From Candidatus Nitrospira inopinata (GTDB lineage: Bacteria; Nitrospirota; Nitrospiria; Nitrospirales; Nitrospiraceae), in the NCBI RefSeq assembly GCF_001458695.1, contig NZ_LN885086.1, positions 1,530,001-1,562,000 on the forward strand: a stretch of 32,000 bases of DNA, in the 5' to 3' direction. The notes under the pieces were generated by a model, which was not told the DNA's origin, searched no databases, and saw nothing but the letters and a program-made list of their open reading frames with translations. Position numbers and translations under genes: made by a program. The first letter of the stretch is position 1. Every line of letters begins with the position of its first letter. Shown here one piece after another: positions 8,717-16,359 of this stretch.

Positions 8717-8744
8717 CTCCGTCCGCAAACGGGGGCGTACGGAG
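8717..8744 (+). other. intercistronic stem-loop immediately after the bd-like 2 stop codon
   Basis: ctccgtccgc / gcgtacggag forms 9 of 10 pairs around loop aaacgggg. It starts 3 nt after TGA 8712-8714 and has no U-tract. Confidence 0.4.
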
Positions 8745-8801
8745 GGAAGACTGTCGTCGTGAGAACGAGTCGTTCATGCCATTCGACGGGGAAGGGGCGT
8801 T

Positions 8802-9425
8802 ATGAGTGAACTTGCGCAGCTTCAGTTGATCGCGCTCGCGATCGTCCTCTTTGGAATCCTGATTCTTCTCTTCATCAAATCGAACTTCTTTCGAGTGACA
8901 GGGTTCGTCTCCATCGTGCTGGGGCTGTTTTCGCTGATGTCTCTCGCGGTGCCGCAGATGGCGTCTCTTCCCCCGGCTGATGAAACCATCGACATCGCCA
9001 GCATCAAGACGCCGACCGACATCGCGGCGCTGGGGCAAACGATTTTTTTCAGCAAGGGGCAATGCGCGCTGTGCCATTCCATCGGGCCCAGCGAGTCGGC
9101 CCGTTGTCCGGACTTAAAGGGGATCGGCGCCAAGTTGACCAAGGCGTTTCTGTATGAAAGTCTGACGGACCCTCAAGCCTTCATCTATCAAGATTACCGG
9201 CATGGAGGGGTGCCGAAAGAATATCCGGCGACGATGCCGAGCATCGACAAAGATCCGATCGGCTTATCGAAGAATGAAATCTTGGCCGTGATCGCGTTTC
9301 TTCAACAAATGAGCGGAGAGCCGATCTCCGTCAGTCCGTCGGAACTTGAAATACCGGGTCAGGGACCGCCCGCTTCGGTCGCCGTCGCAGGGTCCGCTCC
9401 GTTGGCCGTCGCGCAGGCGCAATAG
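8802..9425 (+). CDS. membrane-anchored monohaem cytochrome c (2 N-terminal TM helices)
   Basis: SD GGGGAAGGGG precedes the ATG. It has CALCH, and its cyt c domain is collinear with that of 2938-3747 (C..CH...GP.L..IG ... DP ... MP ... EI.A...(F/W)L). Confidence 0.85.
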   Translation: MSELAQLQLIALAIVLFGILILLFIKSNFFRVTGFVSIVLGLFSLMSLAVPQMASLPPADETIDIASIKTPTDIAALGQTIFFSKGQCALCHSIGPSESARCPDLKGIGAKLTKAFLYESLTDPQAFIYQDYRHGGVPKEYPATMPSIDKDPIGLSKNEILAVIAFLQQMSGEPISVSPSELEIPGQGPPASVAVAGSAPLAVAQAQ

Positions 9426-9440
9426 GCAGAGGGGGAAATC

Positions 9441-10160
9441 ATGGGGCATTCGTTGGTCAGGCCGATTATCATCATGGGAGTCATGTACGCGGTGCTCAAG
9501 TTTGTGCTGCCGAACATCCCGGGGTCCGCGGCGCTTCCATCCAGCCTCATTCTGCTGTATCTGCTGCTGACGTTGTCAGGGATCATCATTTTCGAAACCG
9601 TAAGCGCCGAGTCCAAGGACGCCTTCTGGGGGCCGATGCAGAAATTTTTGACAGGAGACAACATCGGCGGGTTGAAGCCGTTTCGATACGGGATTCTCAT
9701 TTTCTTTCCTCTTCTGGTCGGATGGCAGACGTACAATGCGACGGCTCCGAGCGGTCAGCCTCCCGCCGAAAGCCGAGTGATTCATCCCGCCCCGCCGGGC
9801 GAATACACCGGGCTGGCGAATCCGGTTCCCAGGACCCCGGAAAACATCATGCAAGGCAAAGGGTTCTATGCGGCGTTTTGCTCGCCTTGCCATGGCGCGA
9901 ATTTCGACGGGAAAGGGCCGGCGGCCCGGGGATACAATCCTCCGCCGGCCAATTTTGCCGACCCCACGACCATTGCGATGTTGCAGGAAAGCTATCTGTT
10001 CTGGCGCATCAAAAAGGGCGGGGTCGGGCTCCCGATCGAAGGAATGCCGTGGAAGTCGGCGATGCCGCGTTGGGAGCTTGAGTTGCCGGATGAATGGATC
10101 TGGAAAATCATCATGGGCGAATACGACGGTGCGCATCAGTCTCCGCGCACGTGGGAATAG
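9441..10160 (+). CDS. membrane-anchored monohaem cytochrome c (3 N-terminal TM helices)
   Basis: SD GAGGGGGA precedes the ATG. It has CSPCHGANFDGKG, and LFWRIKKG..GMPWKSAMP resembles WFWRIAEG..KMKGWKS of the 575-1084 protein. Confidence 0.85.
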   Translation: MGHSLVRPIIIMGVMYAVLKFVLPNIPGSAALPSSLILLYLLLTLSGIIIFETVSAESKDAFWGPMQKFLTGDNIGGLKPFRYGILIFFPLLVGWQTYNATAPSGQPPAESRVIHPAPPGEYTGLANPVPRTPENIMQGKGFYAAFCSPCHGANFDGKGPAARGYNPPPANFADPTTIAMLQESYLFWRIKKGGVGLPIEGMPWKSAMPRWELELPDEWIWKIIMGEYDGAHQSPRTWE

Positions 10161-10175
10161 CGAGAGGGGGAGCCG

Positions 10176-11045
10176 ATGTCGCCCGGATCGCCGTGGGGAA
10201 ACGAGGCCAGCATGAATCCCGTGAAGTTGACGGCTCAATGGAGCGCATATGTGAAGGGGGTCCTGATCGCGGCCCTGATCGTGGGGGGAGGGACGGACGG
10301 CTTGGCGCAGGAAAGCGTGGCGGTTCGCGCGTCCCTTGTCTCGGGCGCCTTGCCTGTCGATGATCCGAACGCAGCGGCTTGGAACAGCGCCGCGCCGGCC
10401 GTCTTTCCGATGTCGCCGCAAGTCCATTGGCCGGACCGCATTCAGGAAGTGACCGTGCAGGACCTGACCGTGCGCGCCTTGCACGACGGGACGCAAGTGG
10501 CGTTTCTCTTGGAATATGACGATCCCACGGAGGATCCTGACGACGCGGCGGCGATTGAATTCATGGTCGGAGATAAGAAAGCGCATTTTGCGCACGGTCA
10601 GCCGATGCTCTTGGTGGACGGCGGGCCCGTCAACATCTGGTTCTGGAAGCACAAAGACAATAAAGGCGTAGATATGTGGGCCAAGGGGTTCGGCACCCTC
10701 CGGCCGCACTCGCATCAAGACGTGACAGCCAAGGGCGAATACGCGAACGGGAAATGGAGAGTCGTGTTTTCCCGGTCGCTGGTGACCGAGCATCCGGATG
10801 AGGATATGCAGGTCACGCCCGGCGAGTTCATCAATATCGCCTTTGCGGTCTGGGATGGAAGAAAAGACGCCACGGGGCAGCTCATTGAAAAGGGATCGCA
10901 AAAAGCCGTGTCGTCATGGTGGTATTTTCGGGCGGAACCGCCTCCTGATTATTCCGGATACCTGTACGCGGGCGTGGCCGCCGTGTTGGCGTTGGGGTTT
11001 CAGTTCGTTCTGATCCGTAAACTCAAGGAAGGGCAGTCAGCATGA
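10176..11045 (+). CDS. EB_dh-domain haem-b protein (gamma subunit of type II DMSO-reductase-family enzymes, NxrC-like) with a C-terminal TM anchor
   Basis: It has a signal-like N-terminus. AAWNSAAP..MSPQ...VTVRALHDGTQVAFLLEYDDPTED..AAAIEF...NIWFWK...GKWRVVFSRSL...INIAFAVWDG matches my memory of the ethylbenzene-dehydrogenase gamma/NxrC fold family. The C-terminal helix is LYAGVAAVLALGFQFVLI. Confidence 0.75.
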   Translation: MSPGSPWGNEASMNPVKLTAQWSAYVKGVLIAALIVGGGTDGLAQESVAVRASLVSGALPVDDPNAAAWNSAAPAVFPMSPQVHWPDRIQEVTVQDLTVRALHDGTQVAFLLEYDDPTEDPDDAAAIEFMVGDKKAHFAHGQPMLLVDGGPVNIWFWKHKDNKGVDMWAKGFGTLRPHSHQDVTAKGEYANGKWRVVFSRSLVTEHPDEDMQVTPGEFINIAFAVWDGRKDATGQLIEKGSQKAVSSWWYFRAEPPPDYSGYLYAGVAAVLALGFQFVLIRKLKEGQSA

Positions 11046-12067
11046 GAAGGGCGAGGCTGCAAGCCGCAAAAACAGTGGTCGGCCTGTGCGGAGTGGTGGC
11101 GCTGCTTACGGGTGGGTGCGCGAGCGAGCAGGAAAAAAAGGGGCGCGAATTGTACACCCATTACTGCAGCGATTGTCACGGCGAAAGCGGCAGGCAGAAC
11201 GAAGGATTCAATTGGTCGGCCATGCCGGATCCCAAGCCCAAGGATCTTTCCAATAAAAGCGAGATGAGCACCTTCAAAGACGAGGAGCTGTTTGCCACGA
11301 TTTCACGCGATATGTTGGATACGAGCGAAGAGGGAGGCGATGAGATCGGGGACGACGATTTCGCCGTTCCGACGATGCCGACCTTCAAGTATACGTTGTC
11401 CGAAGAAGAAATCTGGGCGATCGTCGGCCATGTGCGCACGTTGCACGGGATGAAGCTGGAGTTCGACGTGGCGGCCCGCAAGCGATCTCTCGAAGAGGGC
11501 TTGAAAGCCGCACAGGCGAAATTCGAGCAAGCAAAACTGGCCTACGAGGAAGCAGAACGAAAAGCCAACGAAGAGGCGGAACGAAAGAGCCAGGAACTCA
11601 ATCAAGACGTCGACGTCGACGAGTCCGCTTACGCCGACGAGCTGGCTGCGATGACAGAGGCCAAGAAAGAGCTGGAGGCGGCTCAGGCAGCCCTGAACAA
11701 CTTCACGACGAGGCCTGGAAAGGGGCAGAGCGTTCCCAGGCCGGACCTCACGACGCCGCCGGCGGAAACTGCGCAATTGGTCGAGCGCGGAAAGCGGCTG
11801 TATGAAAACAAGTATGGATGTAACGGCTGTCATAGCCTTGCCGGTGAGGGGGGGAAAATCGGTCCTCCCTTGGACCGTGCAGGATTCAGGCTGAATCCCA
11901 CTTGGATCTATCGTTGGCTCAAGAATCCCCAGGCCATGGATTCGGCGACGCGAATGCCCGCATTGGGCCTGAGCGACGCGGATGCCAAAGCCGTGACGTT
12001 CTATTTGGAAACCTTGCAGGCGCCGAAGGCTGCGCCTCAAGAGGAAAGACCGGTCGAAACCCCGTGA
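11042..12067 (+). CDS. dihaem c-type cytochrome lipoprotein with a central Ala/Glu/Lys coiled-coil linker
   Basis: An ATGA overlap joins it to the upstream gene. Lipobox LLTGGC, two CxxCH motifs (CSDCH, CNGCH), and the linker KAAQAKFEQAKLAYEEAERKANEEAERK. Confidence 0.85.
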   Translation: MRRARLQAAKTVVGLCGVVALLTGGCASEQEKKGRELYTHYCSDCHGESGRQNEGFNWSAMPDPKPKDLSNKSEMSTFKDEELFATISRDMLDTSEEGGDEIGDDDFAVPTMPTFKYTLSEEEIWAIVGHVRTLHGMKLEFDVAARKRSLEEGLKAAQAKFEQAKLAYEEAERKANEEAERKSQELNQDVDVDESAYADELAAMTEAKKELEAAQAALNNFTTRPGKGQSVPRPDLTTPPAETAQLVERGKRLYENKYGCNGCHSLAGEGGKIGPPLDRAGFRLNPTWIYRWLKNPQAMDSATRMPALGLSDADAKAVTFYLETLQAPKAAPQEERPVETP

Positions 12068-12136
12068 CCCGTCGTCCGAATGGAAAGATGCTCGCCGTGA
12101 ATCTTTCGCGCGTGTAGACGAGGGAGACGTTTCTGT

Positions 12137-12164
12137 ATGAGACGGGCTTGGTCTCGTTCTTTCT
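12137..12164. terminator. weak hairpin between convergent genes (dihaem cyt c and ubiA)
   Basis: The stem is gagac/gtctc, extendable to about 7 bp with a G-U pair, around loop gggcttg. It is followed by gttctttct. Confidence 0.25.
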
Positions 12165-12174
12165 GGATGACGAG

Positions 12175-13065
12175 TCAGCCGATGAATCCAGCCAACAGGC
12201 CGGCCAACACGGCTGCTCCCACCCATGTATGGGCGCGAAACATGCCGAACGCCACGGCGGGCTCGATCGGTTTTCTCAACTGCACGGTTTGCAAGAAGAG
12301 GAAGAGCCCTACGCCCAGTAACGCGACATAGTAGGGCCAGCGAATCTGGACCAGCCATCCGGCTAAGCCCAGCAGCAATATCATCAGGCAATAGGCGACG
12401 CCGACTCCCAGGGGGAGCAATCGCCCGAAAAAGATGGCCGACGATTTCACGCCGATTCGCCGGTCATCGTCCCGATCCTGAATCGCATAAATCGTATCGT
12501 ACGCGACGGCCCATGCGGCCGTCGCTCCAAACAGACACCAGACCGGCGCGTCAAGTTGTCCACGGACTGCCGCCCATGCCATGATGGTTCCCCAGCCGAA
12601 GGCAAGGCCCAACACGGCTTGGGGAATCTGAATCCACCGTTTTGCAAAGGGATACAGAGACGCCAAGGCGAACGCTCCGGGCGCCAACCACGTGACGACA
12701 GGATCGAGCAGCCAGAGGAGGCTTCCCGCCATGAGCAAGAGCACGCTCAGCAGAGCGAGCGCGTGACGTCGGGACAGTTCTCCGGAGGCGAGAGGACGGG
12801 TCTTGGTTCTGACAACCTGCCGATCGAACGACTGATCGGCCAGGTCGTTGAGAATGACCCCGGCGCTTCGCATGAGAAACGATCCCGCGATGAATATCGC
12901 CACGAGAGGGGGCGGCGGCACTCCTTCCGTCGCGAGCACCAGCGACCACAGCGTCGGCAGCATTAAGAGATAGGTTCCCGTCTGATTCGGTAAGCGGATC
13001 AGACGGATCAAGGCGGACCATGGAAGGCCGGAGGCTTCGACAGTCGGAGAGGGCGTTGACGGCAT
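12175..13065 (-). CDS. ubiA: 4-hydroxybenzoate polyprenyltransferase (UbiA)
   Basis: It is collinear by eye with E. coli UbiA: LPTLWSLVLA, the first Asp-rich motif NDLADQSFD, QAVLGLAFGWG, and the second motif YDTIYAIQDRDDDRRIGVKSSAIFFG. Confidence 0.9.
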   Translation of the reverse strand: MPSTPSPTVEASGLPWSALIRLIRLPNQTGTYLLMLPTLWSLVLATEGVPPPPLVAIFIAGSFLMRSAGVILNDLADQSFDRQVVRTKTRPLASGELSRRHALALLSVLLLMAGSLLWLLDPVVTWLAPGAFALASLYPFAKRWIQIPQAVLGLAFGWGTIMAWAAVRGQLDAPVWCLFGATAAWAVAYDTIYAIQDRDDDRRIGVKSSAIFFGRLLPLGVGVAYCLMILLLGLAGWLVQIRWPYYVALLGVGLFLFLQTVQLRKPIEPAVAFGMFRAHTWVGAAVLAGLLAGFIG

Positions 13066-13170
13066 GGCTCAAAAATACGCAGAGGGAGGAAGCCTTGTCA
13101 ATTTTCAGGCACGGCCTCCGGCGATTGTGCGAGACACCATAAATTGGGTATAACCACCTGAAAGAGAACA

Positions 13171-15231
13171 TTGCTTGTGACTACAGGATATTTACACGTT
13201 CGTTCCTTTATCGCCGTTGTCATCCTCGCGGCCTTCGCGCTGTCGGCAGCCGGTTGCTGGTGGTCGAGAGAGAAACCAAAGGTATCGGATGGCGGAGCGG
13301 AAACCTCTGATAGTCAAGCGCCAGCCATTGCGCTGAAGCCGTCGCTCTGGCTTGCTCCAAGCATGACCGGTGCGTCGCTCTCTTACACCAACGCCTGCGG
13401 GGAACCGAGCATCGTCTCGATTTCGGGCGTACTGACGGAAATCGTTCCCGCGAAGCTTGGCCAGGCGTTTTCCGGTCTTTTGCTCCATGAAGGAGAAGGG
13501 CAGGCCGGAGGAGAGGATAGTTTTATCGAAATCGGTCTGGGATCGAAACGAGTGGATCTTGTTGTTCCCCGTCAGACGCCGGGGACATATCCGGCGCGTG
13601 TCACGCTTGGAGTCGAAGCAGCCTTGCTCGCCGAGGATGGCGCCCCGCTGTTCCATGCCAAGCTTCAAGGCGTGGGCCATGGCGAGGTGGAAGTGACCGG
13701 CCAGTCTTGTGAAGTCAAAGGGTTGGAGCCCATTGTTCGGCAGGCGGTTGAAACGGTGGGCGACAGTTTGTTCAAACAGGTGACCGGAGCCGATCGAATT
13801 CGCGAGTATGCTCAACAGAGAGCGGCGGCCCGATCAAAGGCTCCCGCCGCAAAGGCTCCCGACGCGGCGATCCCAGGAGTGCAGAGTCCTCACGCCGGGG
13901 CGGCAATGGGGGGAGGCGCGGTTTTCAACCAGCTTGCTCCACCTCCCGCCTTCCCGCATTCGACGGCCCTTGCCTTTCTTGCCATCCTGCGGGATGAAAG
14001 CCAAGATCACATGATTGAACCGGGCGAGCCGCTCACGATCGAAGTGGAAGTCAAAAACGAGGGAGAGGTGGAGGCCAGGAACGTGGAAGTCGTCGTGGGA
14101 GGGAACGGGCCATTGGCCGCGCATTTTCCGTCGACGATCCCGATCGGCGACGTGCGGCCCGGAGAAATCAAGTACGTTTCGGTGACTAAACCGATCACGG
14201 ACCTCAAGGGCGAGCCGCGCGGCGAGTTGATGTTGAGCGTCCGCAGCCTCACGCCGCTGGACCCGCCGCCGCATCCCAAGCAGTTCGCCCTCGTCGTCAA
14301 GACGGACAAAGGCGTCGAGGATACGGAGGCGCTCAAGATCGACCGTCCTCCGGCGCCTCTGAGCTTATCCAAACAGACAAAGGCGGTGGTCATTGCGATA
14401 GGGGTCGGCGCATTTCGGGACGAGCGCGTCCCCCACGTCAAGTACGCGGAGCGGGATGCCGAGGCGATGGCGACCTATCTGCGAACGATTGCGGCGATTC
14501 CAGACCATCGTGTTCGTCTATTGGTGGATCGCTATGCGCTGAAGCAAGATATCGAAGAGACGTTTGACGAGTGGCTCCCCAAGCAGGTGGATGCGGCGAC
14601 CGTCGTGTACATTTTTTTCGCGGGGCGCGCGCTGGTTGACGGTGCGACCGGGTCGGTTTCCCTCGTGCCGTTTGACGGGAACATCACGTCAACGCGGCGC
14701 TTGTATCCGGTCCGGCGCATGCAGGAAGTTCTGTCGCGTTTGCCGATGCAACGGGCGATCATGATGTTCGATGTGTCGTTGGACCCCTCGCCGGGCGCAA
14801 ACCCGGCGACGACCCCTCATGCCGATTGGGGAGAAGGGGCGGACGAGGAAAAAGATCACGTGATGTGGATGGTGGGCAACAGGGGTCTTCAGGAAGCCCA
14901 TGCTTATGAATCGGCGAAGCACGGGTTGTTTACGTATTCTCTGCTAAGGGGATTGCAGGGGTTGGCCGATATTGATCGGGACGGGACCGTTGCCGCCGGA
15001 GAACTGTGCACTTATGCCCGCAATGAGGTCATCCATGTGTCGAGAAAACAGTTCGGCAACCCGCAGCGTCCGCTCTGTTCCCCGCCGCCCGGACAGGGGG
15101 CCGTCGTGAGGATTCATCCGATGGCGAGGGGCAATAACCCGAAATCGTCCGATGCCGTGAAGAAGGCGGCGCCGGCAGAAGAGACTCCCGCGCCGACCAG
15201 TCCGCTGCTTGATGTGGGGCCAAAGCTGTAG
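13171..15231 (+). CDS. lipoprotein with a CARDB-like Ig domain and a caspase (peptidase C14)-like domain lacking both catalytic residues
   Basis: TTG 13171 or GTG 13177 start. Lipobox LSAAGC. The middle region LTIEVEVKNEGEVEARNVEVVVGG...GEIKYVSV is CARDB-like. In the C14-like block VVIAIGV..Y...YAERDAEAMATYL, the canonical (S/A)GHG is AGRA (Arg codon 14626-14628) and the D-x-C is DVS (Ser codon 14776-14778). Confidence 0.75.
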   Translation: MLVTTGYLHVRSFIAVVILAAFALSAAGCWWSREKPKVSDGGAETSDSQAPAIALKPSLWLAPSMTGASLSYTNACGEPSIVSISGVLTEIVPAKLGQAFSGLLLHEGEGQAGGEDSFIEIGLGSKRVDLVVPRQTPGTYPARVTLGVEAALLAEDGAPLFHAKLQGVGHGEVEVTGQSCEVKGLEPIVRQAVETVGDSLFKQVTGADRIREYAQQRAAARSKAPAAKAPDAAIPGVQSPHAGAAMGGGAVFNQLAPPPAFPHSTALAFLAILRDESQDHMIEPGEPLTIEVEVKNEGEVEARNVEVVVGGNGPLAAHFPSTIPIGDVRPGEIKYVSVTKPITDLKGEPRGELMLSVRSLTPLDPPPHPKQFALVVKTDKGVEDTEALKIDRPPAPLSLSKQTKAVVIAIGVGAFRDERVPHVKYAERDAEAMATYLRTIAAIPDHRVRLLVDRYALKQDIEETFDEWLPKQVDAATVVYIFFAGRALVDGATGSVSLVPFDGNITSTRRLYPVRRMQEVLSRLPMQRAIMMFDVSLDPSPGANPATTPHADWGEGADEEKDHVMWMVGNRGLQEAHAYESAKHGLFTYSLLRGLQGLADIDRDGTVAAGELCTYARNEVIHVSRKQFGNPQRPLCSPPPGQGAVVRIHPMARGNNPKSSDAVKKAAPAEETPAPTSPLLDVGPKL

Positions 15232-15253
15232 GACGCTTCACGGGGACCGTTGA

Positions 15254-15282
15254 TTGACACTCCCTCTCGCCACCGGTATCAT
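15254..15282 (+). promoter_or_regulatory. sigma70-type promoter for tRNA-Thr
   Basis: -35 TTGACA (15254-15259), a 17-nt spacer, then -10 TATCAT (15277-15282). The tRNA starts about 27 nt downstream. Confidence 0.6.
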
Positions 15283-15308
15283 GGCCGCTCGACAGCCTGA
15301 ATCGACAC

Positions 15309-15384
15309 GCCGGCGTAGCTCAGTCGGTAGAGCAGCGGTTTCGTAAACCGCAGGTCGCCCGTTCAATCCGGGTCGCCGGCTCCA
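15309..15384 (+). tRNA. tRNA-Thr (anticodon CGU), CCA encoded
   Basis: The cloverleaf was folded by hand. Acceptor GCCGGCG/CGCCGGC, D arm GCTC-AGTCGGTA-GAGC, anticodon arm GCGGT-TTCGTAA-ACCGC, variable loop AGGTC, T arm GCCCG-TTCAATC-CGGGT, then T-CCA. Confidence 0.95.
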
Positions 15385-15695
15385 TGCCATACGTATCCCG
15401 ACCCGTCGCCTTTCGATGCTCTTGGCTTCTGCTGTCTTTCCTCATACAGCCGTTAACCGATAATCTCCGCGTTCGATTGCTTTGATCCGTATCTGCGAGC
15501 CGTATTGTGTCGCATCATGCCTCTTACGCGCGAGTCTCGGCTGATCGGGAGAGACCACCTCCAAATGACGTCTGACATCTCACTGACGATCCGATCATCC
15601 CCTCCTTTTGAAGTACTCCTTTGGGGTCTGGCGCAGATCGGCGCGACTGTTAGGCTTTAAGCCAGAATCGACGCACTTCTGAAAGGAGATTCACC

Positions 15696-15935
15696 ATGAC
15701 CTGCTCTCGATGTGAAGGCTTGATGTTGGAGGAGTATCTGTTTGATCTGGACGGAGGCTGTGCAGAGAGATGGGCAACGTCCTGGCGCTGCGTGAATTGC
15801 GGTCAGAGGGATGATGCCGTCATTCGGCAGCACCGCCGAGCCAAGCCGGCGGTCGTCGCTCCCGCGGCTTGCATGGTGCCGGAGATGACGCGCCTGCCGC
15901 GCGAATTCGACAATCTCGAACGATTCGCGGCCTGA
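15696..15935 (+). CDS. small zinc-ribbon protein (two CxxC pairs), hypothetical
   Basis: A strong SD AAGGAG lies 7 nt before the ATG. The sequence is MTCSRCEGLM...WRCVNCGQ, and a strong hairpin follows it. Confidence 0.6.
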   Translation: MTCSRCEGLMLEEYLFDLDGGCAERWATSWRCVNCGQRDDAVIRQHRRAKPAVVAPAACMVPEMTRLPREFDNLERFAA

Positions 15936-15971
15936 GAGCGGATTCAGGCGGATTCGGAAGGAGGGGCAACA

Positions 15972-16008
15972 GCCTTTCCGGAGCCGTCGGGGAGACGGCT
16001 CCGGAAAG
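15972..16008. terminator. perfect 16-bp GC-rich hairpin between convergent genes
   Basis: cctttccggagccgtc - gggga - gacggctccggaaagg, with no flanking U-tract. A second hairpin ggcatc-aaccc-gatgcc sits at 16011-16027. Confidence 0.55.
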
Positions 16009-16034
16009 GACGGCATCAACCGATGCCTTGTGAT

Positions 16035-16080
16035 GTGAGGGAACGATGCAAATCGGCGCCCCCGCCGTTTGCTCCCTCAC
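16035..16080 (-). terminator. long imperfect hairpin overlapping the stop of the 39-aa ORF
   Basis: The arms gtgaggga...tccctcac enclose inner pairings gcaaa/tttgc and cggc/gccg, about 17 bp in total. Confidence 0.4.
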
Positions 16081-16196
16081 TTGATAAAGCCTGCGGTCAT
16101 CAGGGCGAACGAGAGAATCCCGATGAGGAACGCCCCAAGGAGGAAGACCCATCCTTTATTCTCCTTGAGCTCGTCCATGATATGCACGTCGCGCAT
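16077..16196 (-). CDS. 39-aa single-TM micro-protein (below the track's apparent ~60-aa size cut-off)
   Basis: The minus strand reads AAGGAGGTGAGGAAG-ATG, a strong SD. The peptide is MRDVHIMDELKENKGWVFLLGAFLIGILSFALMTAGFIK. It is the 3' part of track ORF 16077-16523, whose 5' part overlaps the response regulator. Confidence 0.45.
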   Translation of the reverse strand: MRDVHIMDELKENKGWVFLLGAFLIGILSFALMTAGFIK

Positions 16197-16359
16197 CTTC
16201 CTCACCTCCTTCGGCCGACATTCCATCCGAGAGAACGCAAGATCTTCTTTCTCGGCTGACTCAGGCTCATGTGGAAAATATATCGAGGCCCCTTTTATCG
16301 TGCCATCACCCGAAGGATGGAATTGATATACACCGTTCGGGTGAGAACGCGACCAAGGG

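Noticed and set aside
8061-9077. 338-aa minus-strand ORF spanning bd-like 2 and the following cytochrome c
   Set aside because: It has the same shadow-frame composition (R/H/D/P-rich), crosses an intergenic spacer, and has no recognisable motifs.
9576-10901. 441-aa minus-strand ORF antisense to the cytochrome c and EB_dh genes
   Set aside because: It has shadow-frame composition. The sense-strand genes carry CxxCH and EB_dh signatures and good SDs.
11303-12391. 362-aa minus-strand ORF overlapping the dihaem cytochrome c and the ubiA 3' end
   Set aside because: It is Arg/Ser/Pro-rich with no motifs. It overlaps two well-supported genes on different strands.
13125-13154. Possible promoter TTGTGC-N18-TATAAC for the caspase-like gene
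   Set aside because: The -35 matches only 3 of 6 positions, and the -10 lies just 17 nt from the start codon. The evidence is too weak.
15547-15621. 24-codon minus-strand ORF preceded by AAAGGAGGGG in the post-tRNA spacer
   Set aside because: The SD abuts the ATG with about 2 nt spacing, the peptide has no features, and there is no supporting context.
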